From positions 168,078 to 232,077 of the forward strand of contig CAWEWK010000026.1 in assembly GCA_963812755.1 (NCBI GenBank): a DNA stretch of 64,000 bases, in the 5' to 3' direction. Of this stretch, positions 48,047 through 56,938 are shown piece by piece. The DNA is from an uncultured Gemmatimonadales bacterium (GTDB taxonomy: Bacteria; Gemmatimonadota; Gemmatimonadetes; Gemmatimonadales; GWC2-71-9). Made by a program: the position numbers and the translations under genes. The notes beneath the pieces are model-generated. The model was not told the DNA's origin and did no database searches. It saw only the letters and a list, made by a program, of their open reading frames with translations. Position 1 is the first letter of the stretch. Every line of letters starts with the position of its first letter.

Positions 48047-49191
48047 GGAAGGAGGCAGGCCTGGTGCACCAGGCCCTCCAACACCTCCCCGCCCCGGCGA
48101 AGCTCCGCGATGGGGACGAATTCGTTGGCACGATGTGCCACCTCGATGTCGCCGGGACCGAAGAGCACGCACTGCAATCCGATCCGCTGGAGCCACCCGG
48201 CATCGGTGGCAAAGGCGACGCTGTGCGATTCATGCTGCCCGACGGCCTGGCACAGCCGGCGGTAGACCGGTGCATCGTCGCTGAGCATCATCGCCGGGCT
48301 TTCGCCCAGCTCCTCGAGAGAGAAAGTCTCACCCGGCAGTGCCGAGGTCACGGTGTCGCGGATTCTGGCCGTCATCTCCGCCGCCGCCATGCCGGGCAGC
48401 AGCCGGATGCCGAGCTCGACGATGCAACGATCGGGAATCACGTTCATCGCGCTGCCGCCGGTAATCGTGCCGACATTAAGTGCGGCGAAGGGAACCTTGG
48501 GGAAATGTTCTCCGTGAGCCGGGCGCTCGGCTTCGAGAACCCGACGAAGCCCGGCCAAAGACACAATGGCCCGCGCCGCGGGCTCGATCGCGTTGCGCCC
48601 CAGATGGGGATATCCGCTGTGCGCGGCGCGCCCCTCGAATCCCAGCCGGAGCCGAAGCATGCCCTTGTGCAACCGAACGACCCGCAGCGAGGTCGGCTCG
48701 CCGATGATGGTGTCGCGGGGAAGGGTTTCGGGAGTCGGCCAGCTCTCGGTGAACCGGCGAGCACCCAAGGTGCCGACTTCCTCGTCGTAGGTGAAGAGCA
48801 ACATCAATGGGTGGCGCACCCGATCAGGCTGGATCGCGGCAAACCGGTTGAGCGCGAGCGCGAGAAACCCCTTCATGTCTGCGGCGCCCCGGCCGACGTA
48901 GGAATCGCCGAATTGAGTCAGGGTAAAAGGATCGCTCCGCCATCCCGGCTCCTCGGCGGGGACCACGTCCATGTGGCCGGAGAGCAGCAGCCCCTTTCCG
49001 GCCCCGCCTTCGGGCCCGGCTTGGATCAGCAGGTTGGTCTTGGTGCCGTCGGCTGAAGGGACTCGGGTGATGCGGACGCCGGGGCGGTCGAGGTAGTCGC
49101 AGGCGAAATCCGCCAGTGGCAGATTGGTCTTGCGGCTGGTGGAGTCGAATCCGACCAGTCGGCTGAGGAGATCGCCATCGGAGAGATTCAG
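48043..49191 (-). CDS. M20-family deacylase (ArgE/DapE-like); non-canonical start required
   Basis: The track ORF starts at 48972 (MDVVPAEEPGW), but the frame stays open and family-like for 84 more codons (..LLSRLVGFDSTS...DGTKTNLLIQAGPEGGAGKGLLLSGHMDVVP) up to the tpiA TGA. The proposed start is the CTG at 49191, with GGAGAG 6 nt upstream. Confidence 0.7.
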   Translation of the reverse strand: MNLSDGDLLSRLVGFDSTSRKTNLPLADFACDYLDRPGVRITRVPSADGTKTNLLIQAGPEGGAGKGLLLSGHMDVVPAEEPGWRSDPFTLTQFGDSYVGRGAADMKGFLALALNRFAAIQPDRVRHPLMLLFTYDEEVGTLGARRFTESWPTPETLPRDTIIGEPTSLRVVRLHKGMLRLRLGFEGRAAHSGYPHLGRNAIEPAARAIVSLAGLRRVLEAERPAHGEHFPKVPFAALNVGTITGGSAMNVIPDRCIVELGIRLLPGMAAAEMTARIRDTVTSALPGETFSLEELGESPAMMLSDDAPVYRRLCQAVGQHESHSVAFATDAGWLQRIGLQCVLFGPGDIEVAHRANEFVPIAELRRGGEVLEGLVHQACLLP

Positions 49192-49224
49192 CTTCCGCTC
49201 TCCTTGCGCTTCGGTTTGGCGGAT

Positions 49225-49977
49225 TCAGCCACCGAGCCCGACCAGTTCCGCCCAGCCATCGGGCTCGAGGCTCGCGCCGCCCACCAATACGCCGTCCAGC
49301 TCCGGCCGGGCCAGCAGCCCAATGACGTTGCCCGCGCTCACGCTACCGCCGTAGAGAACGGGCACCCGGTGTTGCACCTGCCCACGAGTCAGCTCCAGGC
49401 GGATAAGCTCGTGCACCTGGGCGGCATCGTCGGGGGTGGCGTTCTTCCCGGTCCCGATTGCCCATACCGGCTCATAGGCGATGGCAATTCGAGTCCAGTC
49501 AGGCGCCCGCACGCGATCGAGCACCGCGTTCACCTGGCGGGCAACCACTTGCTCCGTGCGTCCGCTCTCCCGCTCCGCCAGCGTCTCGCCAACGCAGAAT
49601 AGCGCGGTGACTTCGGCTCGGACCGCCGCGGCAACCTTTCGGGCGACCTGCTCGTCGGTTTCGCCGAAGAGATGCCGCCGCTCCGAGTGCCCCGCCAAGA
49701 CCACCCGCGCGCCGGTTTCCATGACCATTGGAATCGACAGCTCGCCGGTGAACGCACCCTTGGGTTCCCAGTGGACGTTTTGTGCACCGACCGATATATC
49801 CGGGCGCTCGTTCACGGCCTCGATCAGCGCTTGCAGTGATACGGCAGGCGGAAAGAACCAGAGGGAACGTCCCTCCACCGGCTCGGTGAGCTCGAGGAAT
49901 CGCCGTGCGAACCCGCGGGCCGCAGCGGGTCCATGATTCATCTTCCAGTTGGCGGCATAGATGACGTGCCGGGTCAT
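49225..49977 (-). CDS. tpiA: triosephosphate isomerase
   Basis: ORF trimmed to [14 protein letters not shown] (250 aa; ATGA overlap with the pgk stop). AYEPVWAIGTG and YGGSV. Confidence 0.95.
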   Translation of the reverse strand: MTRHVIYAANWKMNHGPAAARGFARRFLELTEPVEGRSLWFFPPAVSLQALIEAVNERPDISVGAQNVHWEPKGAFTGELSIPMVMETGARVVLAGHSERRHLFGETDEQVARKVAAAVRAEVTALFCVGETLAERESGRTEQVVARQVNAVLDRVRAPDWTRIAIAYEPVWAIGTGKNATPDDAAQVHELIRLELTRGQVQHRVPVLYGGSVSAGNVIGLLARPELDGVLVGGASLEPDGWAELVGLGG

Positions 49978-51170
49978 CCCGGAACCTCGTCTAGGGCGGC
50001 GACGCCGGGGAGCTCCTTGCCCTCGAGGAACTCCAGCGACGCCCCTCCACCGGTGGATACGTGAGTCATTCTGTCTTCCAGCCCGGCCTGGGCCACCGCC
50101 GCCGCCGAGTCTCCTCCTCCCACCACGGTTACTGCGCCGCGGCCGGTCGCCCCGGCCATCGCTTGAGCAACGGCCATGGTGCCGTGGTCGAATGGCGGAG
50201 TTTCGAACACGCCCATCGGCCCGTTCCATACGACGGTGCCGGCTCCCTCGATCCGGGAGGCAAAGGCTTTCTCGGTGGCCGGGTCGATGTCGAACACAGC
50301 CCATCCGGCCGGAATAGCGTCCCGGGGAACCGAGCGGGTCGGTGTCCCCCGCTTGAGCTCGGTCGCTACCACCGCGCCGGTAGGAAGGATCAGCTTATTC
50401 CCAGCGGTGCTGAGGAGTTCGCGGGCAAGATCCACCTTATCCGCCTCCACCAGCGAGTTACCGGTTTCCAGACCCATCGCCTTGAAGAAGGTGCAGGCCA
50501 TGGCTCCGCCGATGAGGATCTGGTCGACCTTAGGGAGGAGCGCCTCGATGAGATCGATCTTCCCGCTGATCTTGGCGCCTCCCAGGACGGAGAGGAAGGG
50601 CCGCTTGGGCTGGTGGAGGGCCTCGCCCAGATACTTGAGCTCCTTCTGCATCAGGAACCCGGATACAGCCGGCTTCAGGAGATGCGCCACGCCTTCGGTA
50701 CTGGCATGCGCCCGGTGGGCAGAGCCGAAGGCATCATTCACGTAGAAATCCCCCAGCGCCGCGAAGCGTTGGGCAAGAGCAGGGTCGTTCTTCTCCTCGC
50801 CCGGGTAGAAGCGGGTGTTCTCGGCAACCGCGACCCCGCCCCTCGGCAACCGGCGGGTTGCCGTCACCGCCGCCTCTGCGGTGGGATCCTCCAGAAAGGT
50901 GACTGGAGCCCCGAGCACCCGCTCCAGCTCCTGGACCACCGGCCGCATCGAGTACGTGGGATCGGGGCCACCCTTTGGCCGCCCCAGATGAGACAACAAG
51001 ACCAGGCGGGAGCCTTTGTCTCGGAGGTACTTGATGGTGGGCAGCGCGGCGCGGATCCGGGTGTTGTCGGTCACCACTCCATCTTGAATCGGGCAGTTGA
51101 AGTCCACTCGAATCAGGGCCCGCTTGCCTTCCAAGGCAGCCGGCTCCAGCGAGTCGAGGGTTCGCTTCAC
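49974..51170 (-). CDS. pgk: phosphoglycerate kinase
   Basis: 398 aa. [16 protein letters not shown] and GGGDSAAA. Confidence 0.96.
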   Translation of the reverse strand: MKRTLDSLEPAALEGKRALIRVDFNCPIQDGVVTDNTRIRAALPTIKYLRDKGSRLVLLSHLGRPKGGPDPTYSMRPVVQELERVLGAPVTFLEDPTAEAAVTATRRLPRGGVAVAENTRFYPGEEKNDPALAQRFAALGDFYVNDAFGSAHRAHASTEGVAHLLKPAVSGFLMQKELKYLGEALHQPKRPFLSVLGGAKISGKIDLIEALLPKVDQILIGGAMACTFFKAMGLETGNSLVEADKVDLARELLSTAGNKLILPTGAVVATELKRGTPTRSVPRDAIPAGWAVFDIDPATEKAFASRIEGAGTVVWNGPMGVFETPPFDHGTMAVAQAMAGATGRGAVTVVGGGDSAAAVAQAGLEDRMTHVSTGGGASLEFLEGKELPGVAALDEVPG

Positions 51171-52180
51171 AGCCGTTCCCCGACGTACCGCAAGAGGTCC
51201 ACGCAGCGAGCCGAGTATCCCATTTCATTGTCGTACCAGGAGGTAACGTTCACCAGTGTGCCGTTGACGACATTGGTGGAGAGCGCGTCGATGGTGCTGG
51301 ACTGGAGTGATCCGATGTAATCCACCGACACCAGCGGCTCGTCATTGACGACCAGGAGTCCCTTGAGCGGGCCGGCCTTGGCGGCCTCACGGAAAGCGGT
51401 GTTCACTTCGTCGGCCGAGGTTGCCTTTTCGACCACGCAGCTCAACGCCACAACCGATACGTCGGGAGTGGGCACTCGGAGGGATACACCGTCGATTTTC
51501 CCCTTCACCTGGGGAAGGACCAGCGAAGTCGCCTTGGCCGCCCCGGTCGTAGTGGGGATGATCGACAAGGCCGCCGCGCGGGCCCGGCGGAGGTCTTTGT
51601 GAGGCAGGTCGAGGATCTGCTGGTCATTGGTGTAGGAGTGAACCGTGGTCATAAAGCCGCTCACAAACCCGAAACGGTCCAAGATCACTTTCACCACCGG
51701 GACCAGGCAGTTAGTGGTGCAGCTTGCGTTGGAGATGACATGGTGCTTGGCCGGATCGTAGGCCTGGTGGTTGACCCCAAAGACGATGGTGATGTCTTCC
51801 TTCTTTGCCGGGGCCGAGATGATGACCTTTTTGGCCCCACCCGTCAGGTGCAGCGCGGCCTGATCGCGGTCGGTGAAGCGGCCGGTGGATTCCAGAACCA
51901 CATCCACCCCCAGATCCTTCCAGGGGAGCTTCGACGGATCCTTCTCCGAAAGAACTCGCATCGAATCGCCGTCTACCACCAGAGCATCGGAGGCGGGCTT
52001 GACCTCGCCCGGATACCGTCCGTGGACGGAATCGTATTTCAGCAGGTGAGCCAGGGTCTTGGTGTCGGTGATGTCGTTCACCGCCACGAAGTCGAGGTCT
52101 TTGAGTCCCATCGTCTTGGCCGCGCGGACCACGTTGCGGCCGATGCGCCCGAAGCCATTGATGCCGATTCGAATTGCCAT
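51167..52180 (-). CDS. gap: glyceraldehyde-3-phosphate dehydrogenase
   Basis: 337 aa. INGFGRIGR and [10 protein letters not shown] (catalytic Cys). Confidence 0.96.
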   Translation of the reverse strand: MAIRIGINGFGRIGRNVVRAAKTMGLKDLDFVAVNDITDTKTLAHLLKYDSVHGRYPGEVKPASDALVVDGDSMRVLSEKDPSKLPWKDLGVDVVLESTGRFTDRDQAALHLTGGAKKVIISAPAKKEDITIVFGVNHQAYDPAKHHVISNASCTTNCLVPVVKVILDRFGFVSGFMTTVHSYTNDQQILDLPHKDLRRARAAALSIIPTTTGAAKATSLVLPQVKGKIDGVSLRVPTPDVSVVALSCVVEKATSADEVNTAFREAAKAGPLKGLLVVNDEPLVSVDYIGSLQSSTIDALSTNVVNGTLVNVTSWYDNEMGYSARCVDLLRYVGERL

Positions 52181-52189
52181 GTCTGCTCC

Positions 52190-52936
52190 CTAGGAAACGG
52201 GCTCTTTCGCCCTCGCAAACGTCACCCCGTCCACCCGGGCCGCACCGGCACTGCGCAGCGCGGCCGCGGCGGCGGTCAGGGTGGCTCCTGTGGTAAAGAC
52301 ATCGTCCACCAGTACCAGCTGGAGATCCTGCACACCGCACGCGGTAAAGGCGCCGGCGACGTTGGCCTGGCGGGCTTCCGGGGTGAGTGCCGTTTGAGTG
52401 GGCGTCTCCCGAGCGCGCTGCAGCAGATCGGTGCGGACCGGTAGGCCGGTGAGGGCGCCGAGCGCCGCGGCGATCCGCTCGCTTTGGTTGTAGCCCCGCT
52501 CCCGCAGCCGCCGTCGCCCCAGCGGCACCGGTATCAAGCATACCCCGCCGGTCAATGGCCCTAGGCCTTGCATCGGTACTGCCATGGCTTCAGCGACCCG
52601 GGGCCAGCTCCCATACTTGAGCCGGTGAACGGCGTCCTGGGCGCTTCCCTCTAACCAGACGGCGCTGCGAACCGAGTCGAGCCCGGCAGGCCATTGGACG
52701 CAGACCCGGCACTCGAGGTCGCGGAAGGTGGGTTGGCCGCAGCGGGAGCACCACGGTTCCGGTACCGGACGCCAGCGTGACCGGCAGATCCCGCAGACCA
52801 GGGCATCCCCTTCTCGCTCCGGGATCGGCTCTTCGCACAGCAGGCAAGCTCCAGGCAACAACCAGCGCTCGACGCCGGCCAATGCGGACACAAGTCCAGC
52901 CAGCAGGCCGGACACTGATTTAACGGAGGATGGCAT
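52190..52936 (-). CDS. comF: ComF-family protein (phosphoribosyltransferase domain)
   Basis: ORF trimmed to MPSSVKSV... N-terminal CLLC...CGIC...CSRCG zinc-finger cysteines. PRTase motif VLVDDVFTTGATL. Confidence 0.75.
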   Translation of the reverse strand: MPSSVKSVSGLLAGLVSALAGVERWLLPGACLLCEEPIPEREGDALVCGICRSRWRPVPEPWCSRCGQPTFRDLECRVCVQWPAGLDSVRSAVWLEGSAQDAVHRLKYGSWPRVAEAMAVPMQGLGPLTGGVCLIPVPLGRRRLRERGYNQSERIAAALGALTGLPVRTDLLQRARETPTQTALTPEARQANVAGAFTACGVQDLQLVLVDDVFTTGATLTAAAAALRSAGAARVDGVTFARAKEPVS

Positions 52937-53723
52937 GAACCGCGGCGCGCATGATTTCCGTCGGTGCCCGAACGCCGGGAAACCAGCGCTGCAGCGCCCC
53001 GGCCCCCTGCGCCACCAGCATCTCGCGTCCATCGGCCGCGCGAAGGCCCTTGGCCCGCATGGCATTGACCCACGGAGTCGCTCCCGGCAGATAAACCATA
53101 TCGAGGGCGACCTCGGCCTCGGGCGCGAGGTCTGCTGGAATTGGCAGTGGATCGCCGGACCGCAGTCCCAGCGGTGTGGCGTTGATCAGGATTCGGGCAG
53201 CATGCGGCGGCGCCGACTCGACTCCGGCAGCCGCGGCCCACGACTCGAAGGCTTTCTGCTTGGCCGGCGACCGAGAAACCACCGCGATCGGAGCACTCCG
53301 GCGCCGCGCCGCAATCGCCGCCGCGCGGGCGCCGCCGCCGGTGCCCGCAATGAACCAGGGGCCGTCGGGGGCGCCCAACCGATCCAGCGCGGCCAAGATG
53401 CCTTCGACGTCGGTATTATCGCCTACCACCCGGCCATCGTCGGCCCAGAAGGTATTACAGGCTCCGACCTGTTCCGCCGGTTCGAGACAATGATCCACCG
53501 CCGCGGCCGCAGCCTCTTTGTGAGGAATGGTGATGTTGCCCCCGCCTCCGGCAGCGGCAAGGGCGCGGATCAGCCCGGGAAGGTGATCGAGGGAGGAACG
53601 AAGCGGGACGTAAACGGCGGGGAGCCCCAGCGCGCGGAAAGCCGCGTTCTGCATGGCCGGCGAAAGTGAATGGGCGACGGGGTCGCCGAGCAGTGCGAAG
53701 ACGCGCGTCGACCCGTCGATCAC
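52920..53723 (-). CDS. aroE: shikimate dehydrogenase
   Basis: 267 aa. LLGDPVAHSLSPAMQNAAF, NITIPHK and GTGGGARA. Confidence 0.9.
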   Translation of the reverse strand: MIDGSTRVFALLGDPVAHSLSPAMQNAAFRALGLPAVYVPLRSSLDHLPGLIRALAAAGGGGNITIPHKEAAAAAVDHCLEPAEQVGACNTFWADDGRVVGDNTDVEGILAALDRLGAPDGPWFIAGTGGGARAAAIAARRRSAPIAVVSRSPAKQKAFESWAAAAGVESAPPHAARILINATPLGLRSGDPLPIPADLAPEAEVALDMVYLPGATPWVNAMRAKGLRAADGREMLVAQGAGALQRWFPGVRAPTEIMRAAVHAILR

Positions 53724-54184
53724 CGCACCGTGCCACCAACCCGGCTCACCACTCCTCCGATGAGCTCTTGGAGCTCGGACAGGGTCGCTCGGTAGGCGGC
53801 CAGGTCCGAGCCGAACGGGTCCATCACTTCGGCCCGTTCGGCTTCCCGTCCTGCAAAGGTGCCGAGCAGGTGAACTTTGTTGTCACCACCCAGCTCCCCG
53901 ACTCGGGCCAGGTGATGTCCCGACATGACCAGGATGAGATCGGCCTCGCGTACGATTTCCCGGTTGAGCAAACGAGCGCGGTGCTCGCTCAGGTCCAAGC
54001 CTTGTTCCAGGCCTACGAGATAAGCCCCTTCCGAGACAGGTGCCCCGTCCCAGGCTCCGATGCCCGCCGAGCTGACGGTGACCGAATCGATGCCCTTCCC
54101 TGCCAATGCTTCGCGGAGCAACGCCTCCGCCATCGGACTGCGGCAGGTATTACCGGTGCAGACGAAGAGAACATGCATGGTCAC
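53720..54184 (-). CDS. low-molecular-weight protein tyrosine (or arginine) phosphatase
   Basis: 154 aa. VCTGNTCRSPMAE (CX5R P-loop) and a DPFG acid loop. Adjacent to tsaC, as in the ywlC-ywlE pairing. Confidence 0.9.
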   Translation of the reverse strand: MTMHVLFVCTGNTCRSPMAEALLREALAGKGIDSVTVSSAGIGAWDGAPVSEGAYLVGLEQGLDLSEHRARLLNREIVREADLILVMSGHHLARVGELGGDNKVHLLGTFAGREAERAEVMDPFGSDLAAYRATLSELQELIGGVVSRVGGTVR

Positions 54185-54221
54185 AAGATAAGCGGGGCAG
54201 CGTCGCTGCGGGGCCCCGCGT

Positions 54222-54872
54222 TCATGGTGCCAAGCGCCCGGCTGCGCGACGGAGCTCGGCCCTGGGAATGGCGCCTTCGCGGACTAAGCGCGGCATCACG
54301 CCGGTGCAGTCCACCAGGGTCGAAGGGGGAACGTTGCCGAGCACTCCCCCGTCGAGGACCAGCAACTCGCCGCGCTCTATCTCTGGGCGAAAGATCTCGG
54401 CCAGGCGGTCGGGCCCCGGTGCCGGCGGCTGCCCCGGCCGGTTGGCTGAGGTGGACGTGAGGGGCTGTCTCATGGCGGCCACCAGCCGCGCGATCCCAGC
54501 GTGCGAGGTATGCCGCACTGCGATGCCTCCCTCCGGCCCTCGCAACTGATCCGGAAGCTTTCCTTCTCCTCCAGGTAGCACCAAGGTCAGCGGTCCGGGC
54601 CAGAACACGTCAGAAAGCGCGCGGGCGGATGCCGACAGCACCAGGCCCCAGGCCTCTGCCATGGCCCGGCCGGAGACCAGCACGAGGAACGGCTTATCCG
54701 GAGAGCGTCCCTTGAGACGAGCCAGGGCCTCGAGTGCCGGCGGCGTGGGGTTGGAGCCGAGGCCGTATACGGTTTCGGTGGGATAGGCCAGTAGGCCGCC
54801 GCGCTCGAGGTGAGTCGCGACCTGCGGAATGGCGGAGGCGATCTCGGCGTCGGTCCGGAACGGGAGGATCAC
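54222..54872 (-). CDS. tsaC: L-threonylcarbamoyladenylate synthase (YrdC/Sua5 domain)
   Basis: ORF 54222..55271 trimmed to the GTG at 54872 (GTGA overlap with the ispD stop), 216 aa. YPTETVYGLGSNP and TSTSANRPGQPP. Confidence 0.85.
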   Translation of the reverse strand: MILPFRTDAEIASAIPQVATHLERGGLLAYPTETVYGLGSNPTPPALEALARLKGRSPDKPFLVLVSGRAMAEAWGLVLSASARALSDVFWPGPLTLVLPGGEGKLPDQLRGPEGGIAVRHTSHAGIARLVAAMRQPLTSTSANRPGQPPAPGPDRLAEIFRPEIERGELLVLDGGVLGNVPPSTLVDCTGVMPRLVREGAIPRAELRRAAGRLAP

Positions 54873-55564
54873 GAGAGTTGTGTGGCGAGGCCCTCCGCCA
54901 GGATGAGATCGTCCGCGGTGGTGATCTTGAGATTGCGGGTGGAATCGGGCACCAACCGGACGCTGCCACCGCAGGCTTCGACCAAGGCGGCGTCGTCGGT
55001 GGCCCGCTCCCCATCGCGAGCGGCCCGGGCGTGGGCGGATTCCAGTAGCGTTCGCGGGAACCCCTGAGGAGTCTGGGCTCGCCAGAGACGCTCTCTCGAG
55101 ACCGTCCGCGCTATGAGCGAAGGGTCGCTCGGCGAGGCTTCCTTCAGCGTGTCGCCGAGCGGCACTGCGGCAACGGCTCCCTCGCCGGCCCGGGCATACC
55201 GGATCACCGTGTCGATCACCGACCGATCGACGAAGGGCCTGGCTCCGTCGTGGACCAGGACGACGGTACACTGAGGCGGCAGCGCGGCCAATCCCTGGGC
55301 CACCGAGTCGCCCCGTTCCGCCCCGCCGGCAACCAGGGTGAGCCCGGGGCCGCGAAGCTCGGCCAGGAATGGCGGTGGATCGGCAGCGTCCGATGGTGGA
55401 AGCACCAGGACCACCTGCTCCACCTCGGGGTGCGCCGTGAAGGGACGGAGGGCCCGCAACACTACGGGGACACCAGCGATGGAACGGTACTGCTTGGGAT
55501 CCTCGGTTCCCATGCGGCTACCCCGGCCCGCAGCGACGACTATGACGCCGACATCACGCGGCAA
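54869..55564 (-). CDS. ispD: 2-C-methyl-D-erythritol 4-phosphate cytidylyltransferase
   Basis: 231 aa. VIVVAAGRGSRMG and VLVHDGARPF. Confidence 0.92.
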   Translation of the reverse strand: MPRDVGVIVVAAGRGSRMGTEDPKQYRSIAGVPVVLRALRPFTAHPEVEQVVLVLPPSDAADPPPFLAELRGPGLTLVAGGAERGDSVAQGLAALPPQCTVVLVHDGARPFVDRSVIDTVIRYARAGEGAVAAVPLGDTLKEASPSDPSLIARTVSRERLWRAQTPQGFPRTLLESAHARAARDGERATDDAALVEACGGSVRLVPDSTRNLKITTADDLILAEGLATQLS

Positions 55565-56936
55565 GCGCGCGCACCAGCTGGTGGACGTGATCCACGCCCA
55601 CCAGCGCTACACCCGGCACGGTGGAGCCACCGCGCGAGGAGCCGAAAACCCGGCGAAACCCGAGGCGGGCCGCCTCGCCCAGACGCCGCTCGAGTGCACC
55701 GCTGGGCCGAATTTCGCCGCCCAACCCGATCTCCCCCAGAAAAATCACGTCGGCCGGCGCTGGACGGTTGTGCAGGCTGGAAATCAGTGCTGCGGCCACC
55801 GCCAGGTCGGCGCCGGGCTCCGTGAGCCGCACGCCGGCCGTGACCTGAACGAACACGTCCAGCTCGGAGAAGGACGTTGCCGCCCGGCGCTCCAAGACCG
55901 CCAGCAACACGGCCAGTCGCTTGGGATCCAATCCGGTGGCGACCCGCTGCGGCGTGCCATAGCCCGCCTTGGCCGCGAGGGCCTGGACTTCGACCAGCAC
56001 CGGCCGGGTGCCCTCCATCAGGGCGGTGACCGCACTCCCGCTGATGCCATCGGCGCGGGCGGCGAGGAACACCGCCGAGGGATTGGGGACGGCAACCAAA
56101 CCGTTTTCGGTCATGGAGAACACACCCAGCTCGTCGACCGATCCGAATCGGTTCTTGGTGCTGCGGAGGAGGCGGTAGTCCAGGGTGAGCTCGCCCTCGA
56201 AGTACAGCACCGTGTCGACGATGTGCTCCAGGGTCTTGGGGCCGGCGATTCCACCACCCTTGGTGACGTGTCCCACCACGATGACCGCGGTGCCGCTCTC
56301 CTTGGCGAAGCGCATCAATTGGCCGGAGCACTCTCGGACCTGCCCGACGTTACCCGGTGCGCTCTCCAGGGTGTCGGTGTAGATGGTCTGAATCGAATCG
56401 ACCACCACCACGTCGGCCCGGATGGTTCCGGCGGCGCCGAGAATTGCCTCGAGGCGGGTTTCTCCCAAGACCTGCACTGCCCCGGCGTCTTCCGTAAGTC
56501 GATCGGCCCGGAGCCTGAGTTGGTCCGGCGACTCCTCTCCGCTGGTGTAGAGCACCGTGCGCCCGGTCGCTTCCAGCCGGGCGGCCGCCTGGAGGAGAAG
56601 GGTGGACTTGCCGATGCCGGGCTCGCCGCCGATCAGGATCATCGAACCGGGGACGATACCGCCGCCCAGAACGAAGTCGAACTCGGGGATGCCGGTGCGC
56701 CAGCGCTCCAGCGGCTGGGTGGCGACATCGCGAAGGCGGGCCGGCGTGGCGCCGGCCGATGCGCGGGTGGCACCCATGCCGCCCCTGCCCCGCTGCCCCC
56801 GGGCTCCACCGCCTCGCGCGAGCGCCGGCTCCTCGGCGACCGCGTTCCAGGCCCCGCAGGCTTCGCATTTCCCAACCCACTTGGGATGCTCGTGCCCACA
56901 TTCGGTGCACCGGTAGATCGACCGATTCCGGGCCAT
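55554..56936 (-). CDS. radA: DNA repair protein RadA/Sms
   Basis: 460 aa. CTECGHEHPKWVGKCEACG zinc finger, GGEPGIGKSTLLLQ Walker A, KNRFG, and a Lon-like C-terminus. Confidence 0.95.
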   Translation of the reverse strand: MARNRSIYRCTECGHEHPKWVGKCEACGAWNAVAEEPALARGGGARGQRGRGGMGATRASAGATPARLRDVATQPLERWRTGIPEFDFVLGGGIVPGSMILIGGEPGIGKSTLLLQAAARLEATGRTVLYTSGEESPDQLRLRADRLTEDAGAVQVLGETRLEAILGAAGTIRADVVVVDSIQTIYTDTLESAPGNVGQVRECSGQLMRFAKESGTAVIVVGHVTKGGGIAGPKTLEHIVDTVLYFEGELTLDYRLLRSTKNRFGSVDELGVFSMTENGLVAVPNPSAVFLAARADGISGSAVTALMEGTRPVLVEVQALAAKAGYGTPQRVATGLDPKRLAVLLAVLERRAATSFSELDVFVQVTAGVRLTEPGADLAVAAALISSLHNRPAPADVIFLGEIGLGGEIRPSGALERRLGEAARLGFRRVFGSSRGGSTVPGVALVGVDHVHQLVRALAA

Positions 56937-56938
56937 GA

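Noticed and set aside
49225-49227. Selenocysteine or programmed recoding at the tpiA TGA as the explanation for the startless M20 gene
   Set aside because: It is kept only as an option inside the finding. I see no SECIS-like hairpin immediately downstream. Sharing a frame has a 1-in-3 chance expectation. A well-spaced GGAGAG-N6-CTG offers a simpler explanation.
54185-54221. GC-rich hairpin (GCGGGGC...GCCCCGC) between tsaC and the LMW-PTP gene as a terminator or attenuator
   Set aside because: A 7-bp stem is drawable, but the trailing sequence (TTATCTTG) is a weak T-tract. The two genes form a conserved co-transcribed pair in other bacteria, so evidence is insufficient for a feature call.
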